A stretch of DNA of 64,000 nt from Nitrospirota bacterium (GCA_963749655.1 CAVVOB010000028.1:96001-160000), one strand, 5' to 3'. Shown: positions 21,080-31,230, numbered from the stretch's first letter. The notes: a model not told the origin generated them from the sequence alone. Program-made: numbers and translations.

Positions 21080-22216
21080 TTGCTTACGGACAGTCAGGGA
21101 GAAAGTACGGAGCAGTTTTTGGACAAAAGCGCCTCAGAAAGCTCTCACCGGAACGTCATTGTTCTGATTCCGGCATTCAATCCCGATGACCGCCTGCCGC
21201 AATTGATCGACGACCTCCTGGCGTCCGGCTTCGGTCATATCGTCGTGGTCAACGACGGCAGCAGCGCTGCGTACGCTCCCCTGTTCGAAAAGATCGGGAT
21301 GAAAGCGCGCTGTCAGGTGCTGCGGCACGCAGTCAACCTCGGGAAAGGACGGGCGCTCAAGACCGGCCTGAATCATATCCTGCTGCAGTTTCTCTCAGCG
21401 CCGGGCGTAGTCACGTGCGACGCCGACGGCCAGCACCGCGTAGAGGACGTCATTACCGTTGCGCAGACCCTGCTGGACCACCCGGGCAGCCTCACTCTCG
21501 GCGTGCGAAGTTTCAGTTCGGATGTACCGCTGCGCAGCAAATTGGGAAACGTGATAACAAGGGGCTTTTTCTTTTTCCTCCTGGGCAAATATCTTTCCGA
21601 CACGCAGACAGGACTCCGGGGAATTCCTCTCGGATGCGCGCCCTGGCTGGCCCACCTCGAGGGGGAAGGGTATGAATACGAGATGAATATGCTGATCGCG
21701 ACCAAGACGCGGGGAATCGCGATCGTGGAAGAGAAAATCAGCACGATCTACCTGGACAACAACAAGTCTTCCCATTTCGACCCCCTGATCGATTCGATGA
21801 AGATCTATTTTCTCCTCCTGCGGTTCGCATCTTCGTCCCTCCTGGCAAGCGTCCTTGATTTCGTCCTGTTCTCCATCACCTATGGATTGACCGCGAATAT
21901 CCTCCTGAGCATTTTCATCGGCAGATATACCATCGGCCCGGTCGTAAACTACACCATTAACAGGAACTTCGTTTTCCATCACAAAGGCAGAATGAGCGGA
22001 ACACTGGTACGGTATTATGCATTTGCGACCGTGATGGGCGCCTGCGCGTACTTTCTCATCAAGGCAGTATCCGCCCACTTGTCCATCAGCGTGATTGCGG
22101 CGAAGATCTCGGTGGAGACCTTCCTGTTCATCATCAGTTTCACGGTCCAGCGGGACTATATCTTTTCCCGGAGAACGTCGTACATTCCGGGGACGTCCGG
22201 CGTTCCGAAAGGATGA
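21080..22216 (+). CDS. GT2 polyprenol-phosphate glycosyltransferase fused to a GtrA-like flippase
   Basis: LIPAFNP, VNDGS, NLGKGRALK, DADGQH and DTQTGLRG; 4-TM C-terminus with NRNFVF. Confidence 0.9.
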   Translation: MLTDSQGESTEQFLDKSASESSHRNVIVLIPAFNPDDRLPQLIDDLLASGFGHIVVVNDGSSAAYAPLFEKIGMKARCQVLRHAVNLGKGRALKTGLNHILLQFLSAPGVVTCDADGQHRVEDVITVAQTLLDHPGSLTLGVRSFSSDVPLRSKLGNVITRGFFFFLLGKYLSDTQTGLRGIPLGCAPWLAHLEGEGYEYEMNMLIATKTRGIAIVEEKISTIYLDNNKSSHFDPLIDSMKIYFLLLRFASSSLLASVLDFVLFSITYGLTANILLSIFIGRYTIGPVVNYTINRNFVFHHKGRMSGTLVRYYAFATVMGACAYFLIKAVSAHLSISVIAAKISVETFLFIISFTVQRDYIFSRRTSYIPGTSGVPKG

Positions 22217-22249
22217 CCATGCGGCCGCCGGCACCCTGCGATACGTGAT

Positions 22250-24229
22250 ATGCGTTACCTGAACAGACAGCTCGTTCACATCCTGGTCATCGTTGTCGCC
22301 GTCTTCCTGGCGTATTCCAACACGTTCCCGGTCCCCTTTCAGCTCGACGACATCGACAATATCGTGAACAACCCTGCGATCAAGAATGTCCGCTATTTCA
22401 CCGATCCGTCCTGGATCGACAGCGCGGACAATACGGACGTTTTTGACAAACCCCTCTTCAAGACAAGATTTATCGGGTATTCTACCTTCGCCCTGAACTA
22501 CGCGCTGGACGGACTGAATGTCCGGGGCTATCATCTGGTGAATCTCCTGATCCATGCCGTCAATGCCGCGCTCCTCTATTGGATCATTATCCTGACGTTG
22601 AGGACGCCCTCCTTTCCGGCCGACAGCGGCACAGAGCGCTCCCTTTTCTCCTCTCCCCGGGATCTTTTTGCGCTCTTTACCGCACTGCTCTTCGCCGTCC
22701 ATCCGGTCCAGACCCAGGCGGTTACGTACATTGTCCAGCGATTTGCCTCACTCGCCACGCTCTTCGCCTTCCTTGCGCTTTTGCTGTATATACGGTTCAG
22801 GCTTGCCGGGCTCAACCCCCGCGTTGTTCCTCGACCGTTCGGCTTTGGGGCATCGCTGAAGCAATACGCCGCATATGCCGGATCCCTCGTTTCGGTCGTA
22901 CTTGCGATGAAGACCAAGGAATTCGGCATGCTCCTTCCCGTGGTCATTACGATGTATGAGCTCCTGTTCTTTGAAGGAAGCGCTAAGAAGAGGCTTCAAT
23001 ACCTGCTCCCCTTCGGCCTGACCATGGCCATCCTCCCCATCACCCTGCTCAACATTGCCGGCTCGCTGCCCGGAGCAGGCGGGGTCAATGATGTGGCATC
23101 GCAAATATCGGGCACGCAGGGAGGAATCCCGCGTCTGGACTACCTGTTTACCCAGTTTCGCGTGATCGTTACCTATATCCGCTTGCTTTTCCTGCCGATC
23201 GACCAGGCTTTTGATTACGACTATCCGGTCTACCATTCGCTCTTGGCGCCCCCTGTAGCGGTCTCGCTCCTTTTCCTCCTGTCGATTTTTACCGCCGGTC
23301 TCCATATGTACCGCCTGTCCCGCGTCGAAGGGACCCATGGCCACCTGTACCGGCTCTGTTCGTTCGGAATCTTCTGGTTCTTTCTGACCATCACTCCCGA
23401 GTCAAGCATCATCCCCATAGCAGACGTGATCTTCGAGCACCGGGTCTATCTTCCGTCGGCCGGCTTCTTTATCTCGCTGACATCGATCGTCGCCCTGGTC
23501 TTTGCGCACTGGCAGAACAGAACAAGATCGACGAACGGAGTTCTGATTGCCGCGGCGGTTTTACTGATGATAGCGCTGGCAACGGCCACCTATGCACGCA
23601 ACGTTGTCTGGCAAAGCAGCATCGCGCAGCTGCAGGACGATATCAGGAAGAGCCCGGGAAAAGCGCGGCCGCACCGGGCACTGGGAGGCATCTATGCAGA
23701 GCAGGGCAGGATAGCAGAAGCGCTGTATCACATCAGGACGGCAATAGCGCTCAAACCCGACGACGCAGATGCCCACTATTCCCTCGGCCTTCTGTTTGCA
23801 GGGTTGGGACGCATGGAGGAAGCCGTAAACGAATACAAGCTCGCCATTGGAATCAGGTTCGAGTACGCTGAAGCCCACGGAAATCTGGGAGTTGCCTATG
23901 CGCAGCAGGGTCGAACCGATGAGGCAATACGCGAATACCGGACCGTATTGATGATCACCCCAGCGTCCGCAAGGACCCGCAACAACCTCGCTAATGCCCT
24001 GGGAAAGCTGGGCCGCACGGAAGAAGCGATCAATGAATACCGGACTGCCCTCCGCTTCGAGCCCGGTCTTGTCGAAGCCCATTACAACCTGGGCAATGCC
24101 TACGCGAGACTGGGACGCAGGGAAGAGGCGCTGGCCGAATACCGGACCGCCCTCCGGCTTAAGCCCGATTTCCTCGAAGCGCACCGGCAGATCGAAGGGA
24201 ACAGCCAGAAGGATTACAGCCGAAAATGA
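22250..24229 (+). CDS. TMTC-like GT-C glycosyltransferase with TPRs (paralog of 17402-19375)
   Basis: LDD loop, HPVQTQAVTYIVQR, FEHRVYLP, about five TPRs. Confidence 0.87.
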   Translation: MRYLNRQLVHILVIVVAVFLAYSNTFPVPFQLDDIDNIVNNPAIKNVRYFTDPSWIDSADNTDVFDKPLFKTRFIGYSTFALNYALDGLNVRGYHLVNLLIHAVNAALLYWIIILTLRTPSFPADSGTERSLFSSPRDLFALFTALLFAVHPVQTQAVTYIVQRFASLATLFAFLALLLYIRFRLAGLNPRVVPRPFGFGASLKQYAAYAGSLVSVVLAMKTKEFGMLLPVVITMYELLFFEGSAKKRLQYLLPFGLTMAILPITLLNIAGSLPGAGGVNDVASQISGTQGGIPRLDYLFTQFRVIVTYIRLLFLPIDQAFDYDYPVYHSLLAPPVAVSLLFLLSIFTAGLHMYRLSRVEGTHGHLYRLCSFGIFWFFLTITPESSIIPIADVIFEHRVYLPSAGFFISLTSIVALVFAHWQNRTRSTNGVLIAAAVLLMIALATATYARNVVWQSSIAQLQDDIRKSPGKARPHRALGGIYAEQGRIAEALYHIRTAIALKPDDADAHYSLGLLFAGLGRMEEAVNEYKLAIGIRFEYAEAHGNLGVAYAQQGRTDEAIREYRTVLMITPASARTRNNLANALGKLGRTEEAINEYRTALRFEPGLVEAHYNLGNAYARLGRREEALAEYRTALRLKPDFLEAHRQIEGNSQKDYSRK

Positions 24230-24627
24230 TCGGCACGAAGCACGTCAGATCGAATCATGTTTTTATGGATTAGGCGAAGTCTGTCCGCTTGATCATACGT
24301 GAACCCGGCTACAGTCTCACTCAATTCCGGCCCCTACCCGCCGTACTCCGTATCATAGTCCCATCCGAACGCAACTCCCTCTTTCGATGCACCGGGCTGA
24401 ACCATGGTCCGTGCTTACGCCGTTTTCCCCGTACTGCAGTCCATATTTTTTCACCCAACACCGGCAAGAAATTCTTAAATCCATAATAACAGCGGCCGCA
24501 TGTGCTGCAGGCTGAAAACGGCAGAGGAGGTGAGACCTCAGCCATCGGCGTCCGAGACCGGGGGGTTGCGGGATCCGGCGAGAAGGCAGTTGAGCCGAAG
24601 CTCGTCTTCAATTCTCCGTTAAACACC

Positions 24628-24680
24628 AATGGCTGGGCTGGTCGGAAGATCCTTCTTCGGCAGCCCGGCCATTCTTTTTC
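24628..24680 (+). terminator. Intrinsic terminator
   Basis: AATGGCTGGGCTG...CAGCCCGGCCATT followed by CTTTTT. Confidence 0.7.
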
Positions 24681-24698
24681 ATCGGATGTTCTGCTCCA

Positions 24699-25730
24699 TT
24701 ACGTCAACTGCGGCGCAAGGGTGAAGCGGTGCTCTCCTACTTTTTCGATCGTGGTCGTCACCACGTCTCCCGGCTTGAGCCAGACCTGCTTTTCAGGCGG
24801 ATAGCCCAGGATCACGCCCTCGGGCGTGCCCGTAAAGATGATGTCACCGGGCTTGAGCGTCCAGACCTGGGAGATATAGCTGACGATGGTCTTGCAGTCG
24901 AAGATCATGTCGTTGGTGTTCGACGACTGGCGGACCACGCCGTTCACCCGGCACTCGAGCTTCAGGTTCTGCGGGTCCGGGATTTGGTCTGCGGTGACCA
25001 GCCAGGGACCGAGCGGAGCGAAGCCGTCGCTGGTCTTGCCGAGCATCAGCTGGCTCGTCTTGAACTGCAGGTCGCGGGCCGAGAAGTCGTTGCCTGTTGT
25101 GTAGCCGAAGACGTACGAAAGCGCGTCCTCCACGCTCACGTTGCGCGCCGTCCTGCCGATCACGATCACCAGCTCGACCTCGTAATCGAACTTCTTCGCA
25201 ACGTTCTGCGGCAGGTTGATGACGCCGTTGTGAAAATTGAGCGCATTGTTGAACTTGTTGAAGAGCACCGGCGAGCTGGGCGTCGGGATGTGCATCTCCG
25301 CAACATGCTTCTTGTAGTTGTAACCGAGGCAGATGATCTTCTCCGGGTTCGTCACCGCGGGGCCGAAGGCAATTTTGTCCTCGGCTGTGAATGCGGACAC
25401 CAGCCCGTCGCTCGCAAGCGCTTCATCGACAAACGCCTTCAGCGAAGCGGCGTCCATGCCCATGAGCACTTCAGTGATGGACGTGGGTGCGCTCTTCCCG
25501 AGGATCTTGGACGCCCGCACCACATCGAGAACTCCTTTTGCCGTCCGGATACCGAGCGTGTACACGCCGTCGCGGCGAATTGTACAAAACGTCATCTGCT
25601 TTGGAAGGTCTCGGCCTCCGGCCGTTAGAGTCTTCAACTCCGCGGCGTTCGTGATGAGCGCCGGCCCTAGGGCCGCGGCTATGCCCGCGGCGCCCGCTAA
25701 TTTAAGAAAGCTTCTTCGCGTCTGCTCCAT
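24699..25730 (-). CDS. Fumarylacetoacetate hydrolase family protein with Tat signal
   Basis: TRRSFLK; KIICLGYNY, DYEVEL, NDFSARDLQ and GDIIFTGTPEGV. Confidence 0.92.
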   Translation of the reverse strand: MEQTRRSFLKLAGAAGIAAALGPALITNAAELKTLTAGGRDLPKQMTFCTIRRDGVYTLGIRTAKGVLDVVRASKILGKSAPTSITEVLMGMDAASLKAFVDEALASDGLVSAFTAEDKIAFGPAVTNPEKIICLGYNYKKHVAEMHIPTPSSPVLFNKFNNALNFHNGVINLPQNVAKKFDYEVELVIVIGRTARNVSVEDALSYVFGYTTGNDFSARDLQFKTSQLMLGKTSDGFAPLGPWLVTADQIPDPQNLKLECRVNGVVRQSSNTNDMIFDCKTIVSYISQVWTLKPGDIIFTGTPEGVILGYPPEKQVWLKPGDVVTTTIEKVGEHRFTLAPQLT

Positions 25731-25946
25731 GGTAAAACCTCCTTTCCCAAGGGTTGAGCTACCTTAGGACTATGTACGACTGGATTTTTTTATCGGACTA
25801 TTAATATAAATATAATACCTTTTGAAATGCATGCTGATCAGGCAGGGCGTATCATACGAGAGGGCAGGGTGAAAAAAGACGGACGCAGATTAAACCAGGT
25901 CGGGATGACCCGTTCCATCTGCGTCCACGTTCGACATCTGCGGATA

Positions 25947-26075
25947 GATGATATCGTAAAAAGTCTTTTTTTCCGCAGAAGTCACAAAATTTTAAAAACT
26001 ATCATGGTTTTTTAAAGACTCTCTTTGTGCTTTTTGTGCCTTTTGTGGCAAATCTTGACTTCATACGACTTCATC
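25947..26075. mobile_element. MITE-like element with GATG..TCGTAAAAAGTC ends
   Basis: Imperfect terminal inverted repeats enclosing TTTGTGC-type repeats. Confidence 0.55.
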
Positions 26076-26109
26076 ATGGAAGATATTTCGTTTCCATTTT
26101 TAAATGCTT

Positions 26110-26430
26110 CTAGGGCATCGCTGAAACTCCGACTTCACCGGCTAGGGCCTGTTTTTCGCTGTACAGTAAGGGCATCTTCTCCTCTTGTTCATCGGCAAGA
26201 TGCCAGGCGCGCTTATACAGACCGGCCGGCTGCTTGACGACCACTCTGAATTGCCCCTCTTCCAGAGTAACGGGCATGAACACGCCGGCCTCCTGTGCAT
26301 GAAGGTTGGCCTGTATGAGCGCCCACTCGCTTCCCGTGGTGAATCCTGCGTCCCTGCCGAGCGGGAATCCGACGGCAAAACCCGCCCCCAGTAAAACCAG
26401 CGCCAATGCTGTCCACGTTATGATCTTCAT
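26110..26430 (-). CDS. Small membrane-anchored hypothetical protein
   Basis: AGGAGAGGA RBS; MKIITWTALALVLLGAGF hydrophobic N-terminus. Confidence 0.65.
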   Translation of the reverse strand: MKIITWTALALVLLGAGFAVGFPLGRDAGFTTGSEWALIQANLHAQEAGVFMPVTLEEGQFRVVVKQPAGLYKRAWHLADEQEEKMPLLYSEKQALAGEVGVSAMP

Positions 26431-27051
26431 TTCCTCTCCTTTCGACAAGCGAAGATGAGGTGAGCAACCGCCTGTGTCGTCCGGGGAAGCAGTGAAGCGG
26501 TCCCCTGCTTGCCCGACCCCGGGCGAATACTGTATCAATGGCTTTCTTGCGAAGACATTTCTGCAAGTCTGTTAGACGATCAATTGTGTCAGCGAATTTG
26601 AACTACCTGCAGCATGTTGCAGGGAATGCACTACTTAATTCACTTTCATTTACTATTTATTGAATCAGCTGTCTGCGCTCGGGTGTCGATGTTCAGATTA
26701 CAACTTGAAGCTTCCATCCGTGTGCTTAAGGAGCAAGTTCAATGCCGTTTGATGAATCGCAATATATCAATCCCTTGTATTCTTCCTGATTCCCTCTGAA
26801 CACCGGATTGTGCCTTTGGGAAACATTTCTACTTAATTCTTTATGCGCAGCATCGATGGTCTTGTTGCCTTTAAGGTCAATTTAATTAGCTGGTTGAAGG
26901 TTAAGAGATATCTTTAATGAGTGGAGCTATCGGATACAACTTAAGTCAGAAATCTGACGGTGCCGCAGTATACCTTTCGTGTGTCTTTTCAAGTAGCAAT
27001 AACCGTCCGATGAGCGTACCATAGGATAATAACTTCCCCGGGAGAGGCTGA

Positions 27052-27486
27052 ATGAAGATATCTGAAATGATCAAGGATGCAATCGACAAAAAGGGGTTCA
27101 AGAACCTCAAAGATGCTTCCAAGGCGCTGGGGATCAGCGCGGAGCTCCTGCGCGTCATAATCGGCAAGGGACATATTCCGAAAGACGCCACCCTCACCAA
27201 GATCGCAAAAATTTTGAAGATGGAAATGTCCACGCTTGTTCTCGCCGCTCACCAGGAAAAAGTGCCTGACGAGGTCAAAGGCTTCTTTCTCGTTCCCTCG
27301 CAGGCCAAGTTCAACCGGGGCAAGCGTAAATTCCCTCTTTCCGAGGAACAGACCACGTACCTCGAAAAGATCCTGGGGATTGATGAGATCATGATGCTGA
27401 GGAAATGCCGGCAGGTAACCGATGAGGCGCGGACGCAGATAGCGGGATATGTGGACTTCATGTATGGATCGAAGAAAGAGTCCTGA
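27052..27486 (+). CDS. XRE-like HTH transcriptional regulator
   Basis: LKDASKALGISAELLRVII..GHIPKDATLTKIAKIL; GGAGAGG RBS. Confidence 0.75.
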   Translation: MKISEMIKDAIDKKGFKNLKDASKALGISAELLRVIIGKGHIPKDATLTKIAKILKMEMSTLVLAAHQEKVPDEVKGFFLVPSQAKFNRGKRKFPLSEEQTTYLEKILGIDEIMMLRKCRQVTDEARTQIAGYVDFMYGSKKES

Positions 27487-27555
27487 TCTTCAGCAGGGCA
27501 ACGATACAATTGCGCACATATTCAGATTCCAGTATCTGACCCGTAAGGGATACAG

Positions 27556-27613
27556 AATCCCCGTTCCCGATACCCGCGGTTGAAAGCCGGGATCCCGGGA
27601 ACGGGGATTTTTT
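27556..27613 (+). terminator. Intrinsic terminator
   Basis: AATCCCCGTTCCCG...CGGGAACGGGGATT followed by a T-run. Confidence 0.8.
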
Positions 27614-27626
27614 AAGGAAACTACTA

Positions 27627-27764
27627 CTTGATGATCTCTTAAAAAGTCGAAGATCGCAAACGGGCGGTCATTCCGGCTTGTCCGGAATCGTTTCTTAACA
27701 AAACGCTATATATGGCATTATGATTCCCGACAAGCGGGAATGACGACTTTTTACGAGTTCATCA
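27627..27764. mobile_element. MITE-like element containing a REP doublet
   Basis: GATG..TAAAAAGTC / GACTTTTTACGA..CATC ends around GTCATTCCGGCTTGTCCGGAATC and GATTCCCGACAAGCGGGAATGAC. Confidence 0.7.
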
Positions 27765-28593
27765 CTACTGCTTCCACGCAATCGTCGCTTCGTTTCTCGG
27801 CGGCAGCAGGCGGTACTTGTATTTCGGGTAGCCCGCCATCATGGCGCCGAATGCAGCGTGGCCTTCGGGAATGCCGATGCGCCTGCTGAAGCGGGGGATA
27901 TTGCGGTATCGCGAGCATGAAGAAACCGGCCCAACATGCGCCGAGTCCCAGGGTAGGAGCAGCGAGATCGAAATAGGAGAGCGCGTTGGCGCAGTCGATC
28001 GACCCCAGGGGGTACTGTTTGGGAGCGTGAGCGATCACGATCGCAGGAGCGCTCCGGGCGATGATGTCGATGCCGGCTTCCCACGCGCCGATGATGTTGG
28101 TGAGGTTGTAGGCCTGCGCCAGGGGATGGTTGGCCTTGATCATTTCACGCAGCAGATCGATGATCATGGCGGCCAGCTTGCGCACCCCCTCACGCGTATC
28201 GACAACGATCCATCCGACAAGCTGGCTGTTCGACCCTGTCGGCGCGTAGTGGGCGAGCTCGATGAGCTTTGCGAGTTTCTCGCGCTCCACGGGCTTGTCC
28301 TGGTACGTGCGGATGGACCGCCGCGAACGCAGGAAGTGCTCGGTTTGTTCGAGGGAGAGCGCGAGCTCTTTTCTCAGGGGAGCAAAATCCGCTGTCCTTA
28401 TCATCGTGTGGGTAAAGGCGCCGTGCGGGCAGACCGCAACGCAGTGACCGCATTTGATGCAGCGGGCCTCGGCATCCGCGACGGGTGTCGGCGTTGATTC
28501 GGCGTCCTTCATCTCAATGAGCTTCAAGGGACATTCGGCGACGCAGATGCCGTCGCGCTTGCACTTCTTTTCGTCGATCGTGAATAAAGCCAT
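27765..28593 (-). CDS. Ferredoxin-nitroreductase fusion (frameshift near 27885)
   Basis: CKRDGICVAECP and CIKCGHCVAVCP; RRSIRTY, APTGSNSQ and LGLGACWAG; true C-terminus ..GYPKYKY..WKQ in another frame. Confidence 0.88.
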
Positions 28594-28600
28594 GACGCCT

Positions 28601-28739
28601 CCTGTTGAAAAATTGCGGCTCGAAGACCTTAGCCGTCATTCCTGCGCAGGCAGGAAGCCAGTTTTTTTAATATGATTCTGGATGCCAGCCTTCGCTGGCA
28701 TGACGAAATTTGTCGTGCTTGAGCTTTTTCAGCAACCTG
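28601..28739. repeat. REP doublet inside IS-like ends
   Basis: CCTGTTGAAAAA...TTTTTCAGCAACCTG enclosing GTCATTCCTGCGCAGGCAGGAAGCCAG and CTGGATGCCAGCCTTCGCTGGCATGAC. Confidence 0.65.
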
Positions 28740-28756
28740 TTAGAATGATAACGACG

Positions 28757-29341
28757 CTATGACGCGAGTTTTCTGCCGAACGCCTTTGCCCGCTCCTGCA
28801 GGTCGCGGTCCTGCTTCATGGCCTCATTGTACATCGAAGCGTTCGGCACGAGAAACGAGTCGAACCCCGCGCCGGCAAATCCGGCAATAACACTGAATGT
28901 GTCCTCGATGAGCCTCAGACCCGGCTCGATCCCGCCCCCGCCGGTCGCGATCACGGCCATGTTGATCTTGCCGAGTTTGTGGTCGTACCCGCCTTTATTC
29001 GTATTGAATTTGGCAAGGGAATACATCCGGTCGACCAAGGACTTGATCTGCGCGCTCGGCCCGAAGAAATACGTGGGCGTTGCGAACACAACGACGTCGG
29101 CATCGGGGATTCGCACTATCACCGGCTTCACTTCGTCATCCACTGCACATTCGAATTTGTCGGACTTCTGGCAGCCCATGCAGCCGATGCACCCGCCGAA
29201 CTTGCTTTTGAGCCTGGTCACATCGATGATTTCAACATTCGCGCCCGCTTCTTGCGCGCCTTGTGCAAACCACCCCACTACCGTATTCGTATTGCCGTTC
29301 TTCCGGGCACTGCCGGATAGAACCATGATCTTCTTTGTCAT
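28757..29341 (-). CDS. Flavodoxin / iron-sulfur flavoprotein family
   Basis: GSARKNGNT, CIGCMGC..C and ADVVVFATPTYF. Confidence 0.9.
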   Translation of the reverse strand: MTKKIMVLSGSARKNGNTNTVVGWFAQGAQEAGANVEIIDVTRLKSKFGGCIGCMGCQKSDKFECAVDDEVKPVIVRIPDADVVVFATPTYFFGPSAQIKSLVDRMYSLAKFNTNKGGYDHKLGKINMAVIATGGGGIEPGLRLIEDTFSVIAGFAGAGFDSFLVPNASMYNEAMKQDRDLQERAKAFGRKLAS

Positions 29342-29406
29342 AAAGCCCTCCTTGATGAAATTGCGTCAGCGGTCGCTGACGGCATAGTACCGGTGAGCCA
29401 CTGCAG

Positions 29407-29421
29407 AAACCGACCGGTCGA
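29407..29421. promoter_or_regulatory. TetR (NemR-like) operator upstream of the flavodoxin gene
   Basis: AAACCGACCGGTCG, similar to AGACCGAACGGTCG at 30051. Confidence 0.65.
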
Positions 29422-29442
29422 TTAATTGCATAATTTAAAAAA

Positions 29443-30030
29443 CTACTTCTTCAACCCGAGCATGATCTTGAGCGACTTCAAACCGTCCCGCAGCGGCTTC
29501 TCGCTTTTCTCGAGCCGCGAGAGCATGATGCCGCCTTCGAGCACCATGATGATATGCCTCGCGAGAAGGTCCGCCGGGATATCTTTCGTAACGGTCCCGG
29601 TCTTCTGCGCGGCCTGCACTACTTCACGGATCTTTTCGATCCATTCATCGAACAGGCCGCGAACGAATGCTGCGACGCGTTTGTCCTTGTCGCTCATTTC
29701 CGAGGCAATATTGCCGAAGATGCAGCCGCCCGAAAAATCCATACTTTTTTGGTAATCGAGCACGCCCTGCAGAAAATTTTCGAGCTTATCAGCAGGCGTC
29801 TTCCCCTGCAGCGCCGCGTCCACCAGTCTGAACAGGTCTGCCTTCGACTTTTCGAGGATCGCGAGCAGCAGTTCGTCCTTGCCGGTAAAATGAAAATACA
29901 GGCAGCCCTTCTGCAGGCCCGTGGCTTCCACAAGGTCGCTCATGCTGGTGGCTTCGAAGCCCCTCTTCTGAACGAGCTTGGTGGCTTCAGCCACGATCTT
30001 TTGTTTTGTTAATTCGCCTTTGGAGGTCAT
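29443..30030 (-). CDS. TetR/AcrR family regulator (NemR-like)
   Basis: GFEATSMSDLVEATGLQKGCLYFHFTGKDEL; GCIFGN. Confidence 0.92.
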   Translation of the reverse strand: MTSKGELTKQKIVAEATKLVQKRGFEATSMSDLVEATGLQKGCLYFHFTGKDELLLAILEKSKADLFRLVDAALQGKTPADKLENFLQGVLDYQKSMDFSGGCIFGNIASEMSDKDKRVAAFVRGLFDEWIEKIREVVQAAQKTGTVTKDIPADLLARHIIMVLEGGIMLSRLEKSEKPLRDGLKSLKIMLGLKK

Positions 30031-30050
30031 ATCACGAGCGGCCAAAAAAC

Positions 30051-30094
30051 AGACCGAACGGTCGGATATTATCATGAGGGGTGGACTGTGTCAA
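30051..30094 (-). promoter_or_regulatory. tetR promoter with adjacent autoregulatory operator
   Basis: TTGACA-N17-TAATAT followed immediately by the near-palindrome AGACCGAACGGTCG. Confidence 0.7.
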
Positions 30095-30558
30095 TAAGGA
30101 ATGTGATGGAGGTCGCGTCAGGGTTCTCACAACAACAAATTCTTTCCATGACTGATCGATATCTAGCCTGACCTCTTTGAGAGTTCGGGGTTTGGCTGAG
30201 TTATCTTATGCCGTGAACCACCCTGCTTTCACCGGCAGCCCAAATTATAATTTGAGGACCCACGGAAAATGTGACTATTACCTTGACTGAGTCCGGCTTT
30301 TGATGCAGAATCGACTTTGATACGGCATGTCTTCATGCAGGCGAGCTCCGCAAGATGGTCGTCACGGGGAAGTCCTCCTGCGCGAATTTGACTGCCGCGG
30401 ACGCCTTGGAAGCGTTCAACCGGACCTGTGACGAAAGCACGGGGACCGCGCAGTTCATTTCCACGGGGCTCAAATGGCCTCCAGATATCAATTAATACCT
30501 TTTCAGGATCAGCGTTCCAGGAACTCAATCCCGTCATCCGTAGAAAGGAGAGCAACAG

Positions 30559-31230
30559 ATGGAAAAGCAAGGCATTGATTTCGCGGCTATGCCGGTAACG
30601 GCAATCAAGGTAATAACATCACCTGCTGTTTTTTTCAGGGAGATGCCGAAGACGGGGGGCTTTGTTGAACCGCTCGTGTTCATGGCTGTCATGGGTGCTG
30701 TTGCCGGCCTCGTGCAGGCCATCCTGGCCATCCTTGGCTTTAACCTCGGCACAGGAACGGGGATGGCAATTTCCTCGATCATCATCTTCCCCATTATGGC
30801 TGCGATCTTCGGGTTCATCGGCGCGGCGATCGCCTTTGTGATCTGGAAGCTCATGGGCTCAACGGAGCCCTACGAGACCGCATACCGGTGCGTCGCATAC
30901 ATAACCGCACTCTGGCCGGTCACGACGATCCTGGGGACCATTCCCTATCTCGGCATAGTGCTCGTCATTGCGCTCACGGTATACTACTATGCGATTGCGG
31001 GCATCGAGGCCCACAAGATAGCCACGCAGACCGCATGGCTCGTCTCCGGGATCATCGGCGTAATCCTCATCGCGATGTCGATCGGCGGGGCGATCGCGTC
31101 ACGTTCCCTCCGAAGCGAGTCGCTTCAATACCAGAAGCAGATGGAAGAGACGGCGAAGGAAATGCAGAAGAGTTCGGAAGCGACAAAAAAGGCGCTGGAA
31201 GAGCTGCAAAAGAAGATGCAGAATAAGTAG
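30559..31230 (+). CDS. Yip1 family membrane protein
   Basis: VITSPAVFF, five TM helices, coiled-coil tail; AAGGAG RBS. Confidence 0.82.
   Translation: MEKQGIDFAAMPVTAIKVITSPAVFFREMPKTGGFVEPLVFMAVMGAVAGLVQAILAILGFNLGTGTGMAISSIIIFPIMAAIFGFIGAAIAFVIWKLMGSTEPYETAYRCVAYITALWPVTTILGTIPYLGIVLVIALTVYYYAIAGIEAHKIATQTAWLVSGIIGVILIAMSIGGAIASRSLRSESLQYQKQMEETAKEMQKSSEATKKALEELQKKMQNK

Noticed and set aside
24310-24445. GGA-rich minus-strand stretch as a CsrB/RsmZ-like sRNA
   Set aside because: The GGA motifs are not clearly in hairpin loops, and no terminator or promoter was found.
24505-24570. c-di-AMP (ydaO) riboswitch suggested by GCTGAA and CCGGGGG
   Set aside because: The spacing is wrong, the remaining conserved blocks are absent, and there is no downstream plus-strand gene.
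26440-26540. Structured leader upstream of the small 26430 gene as a riboswitch
   Set aside because: A hairpin is present but matches no aptamer consensus I recognise.
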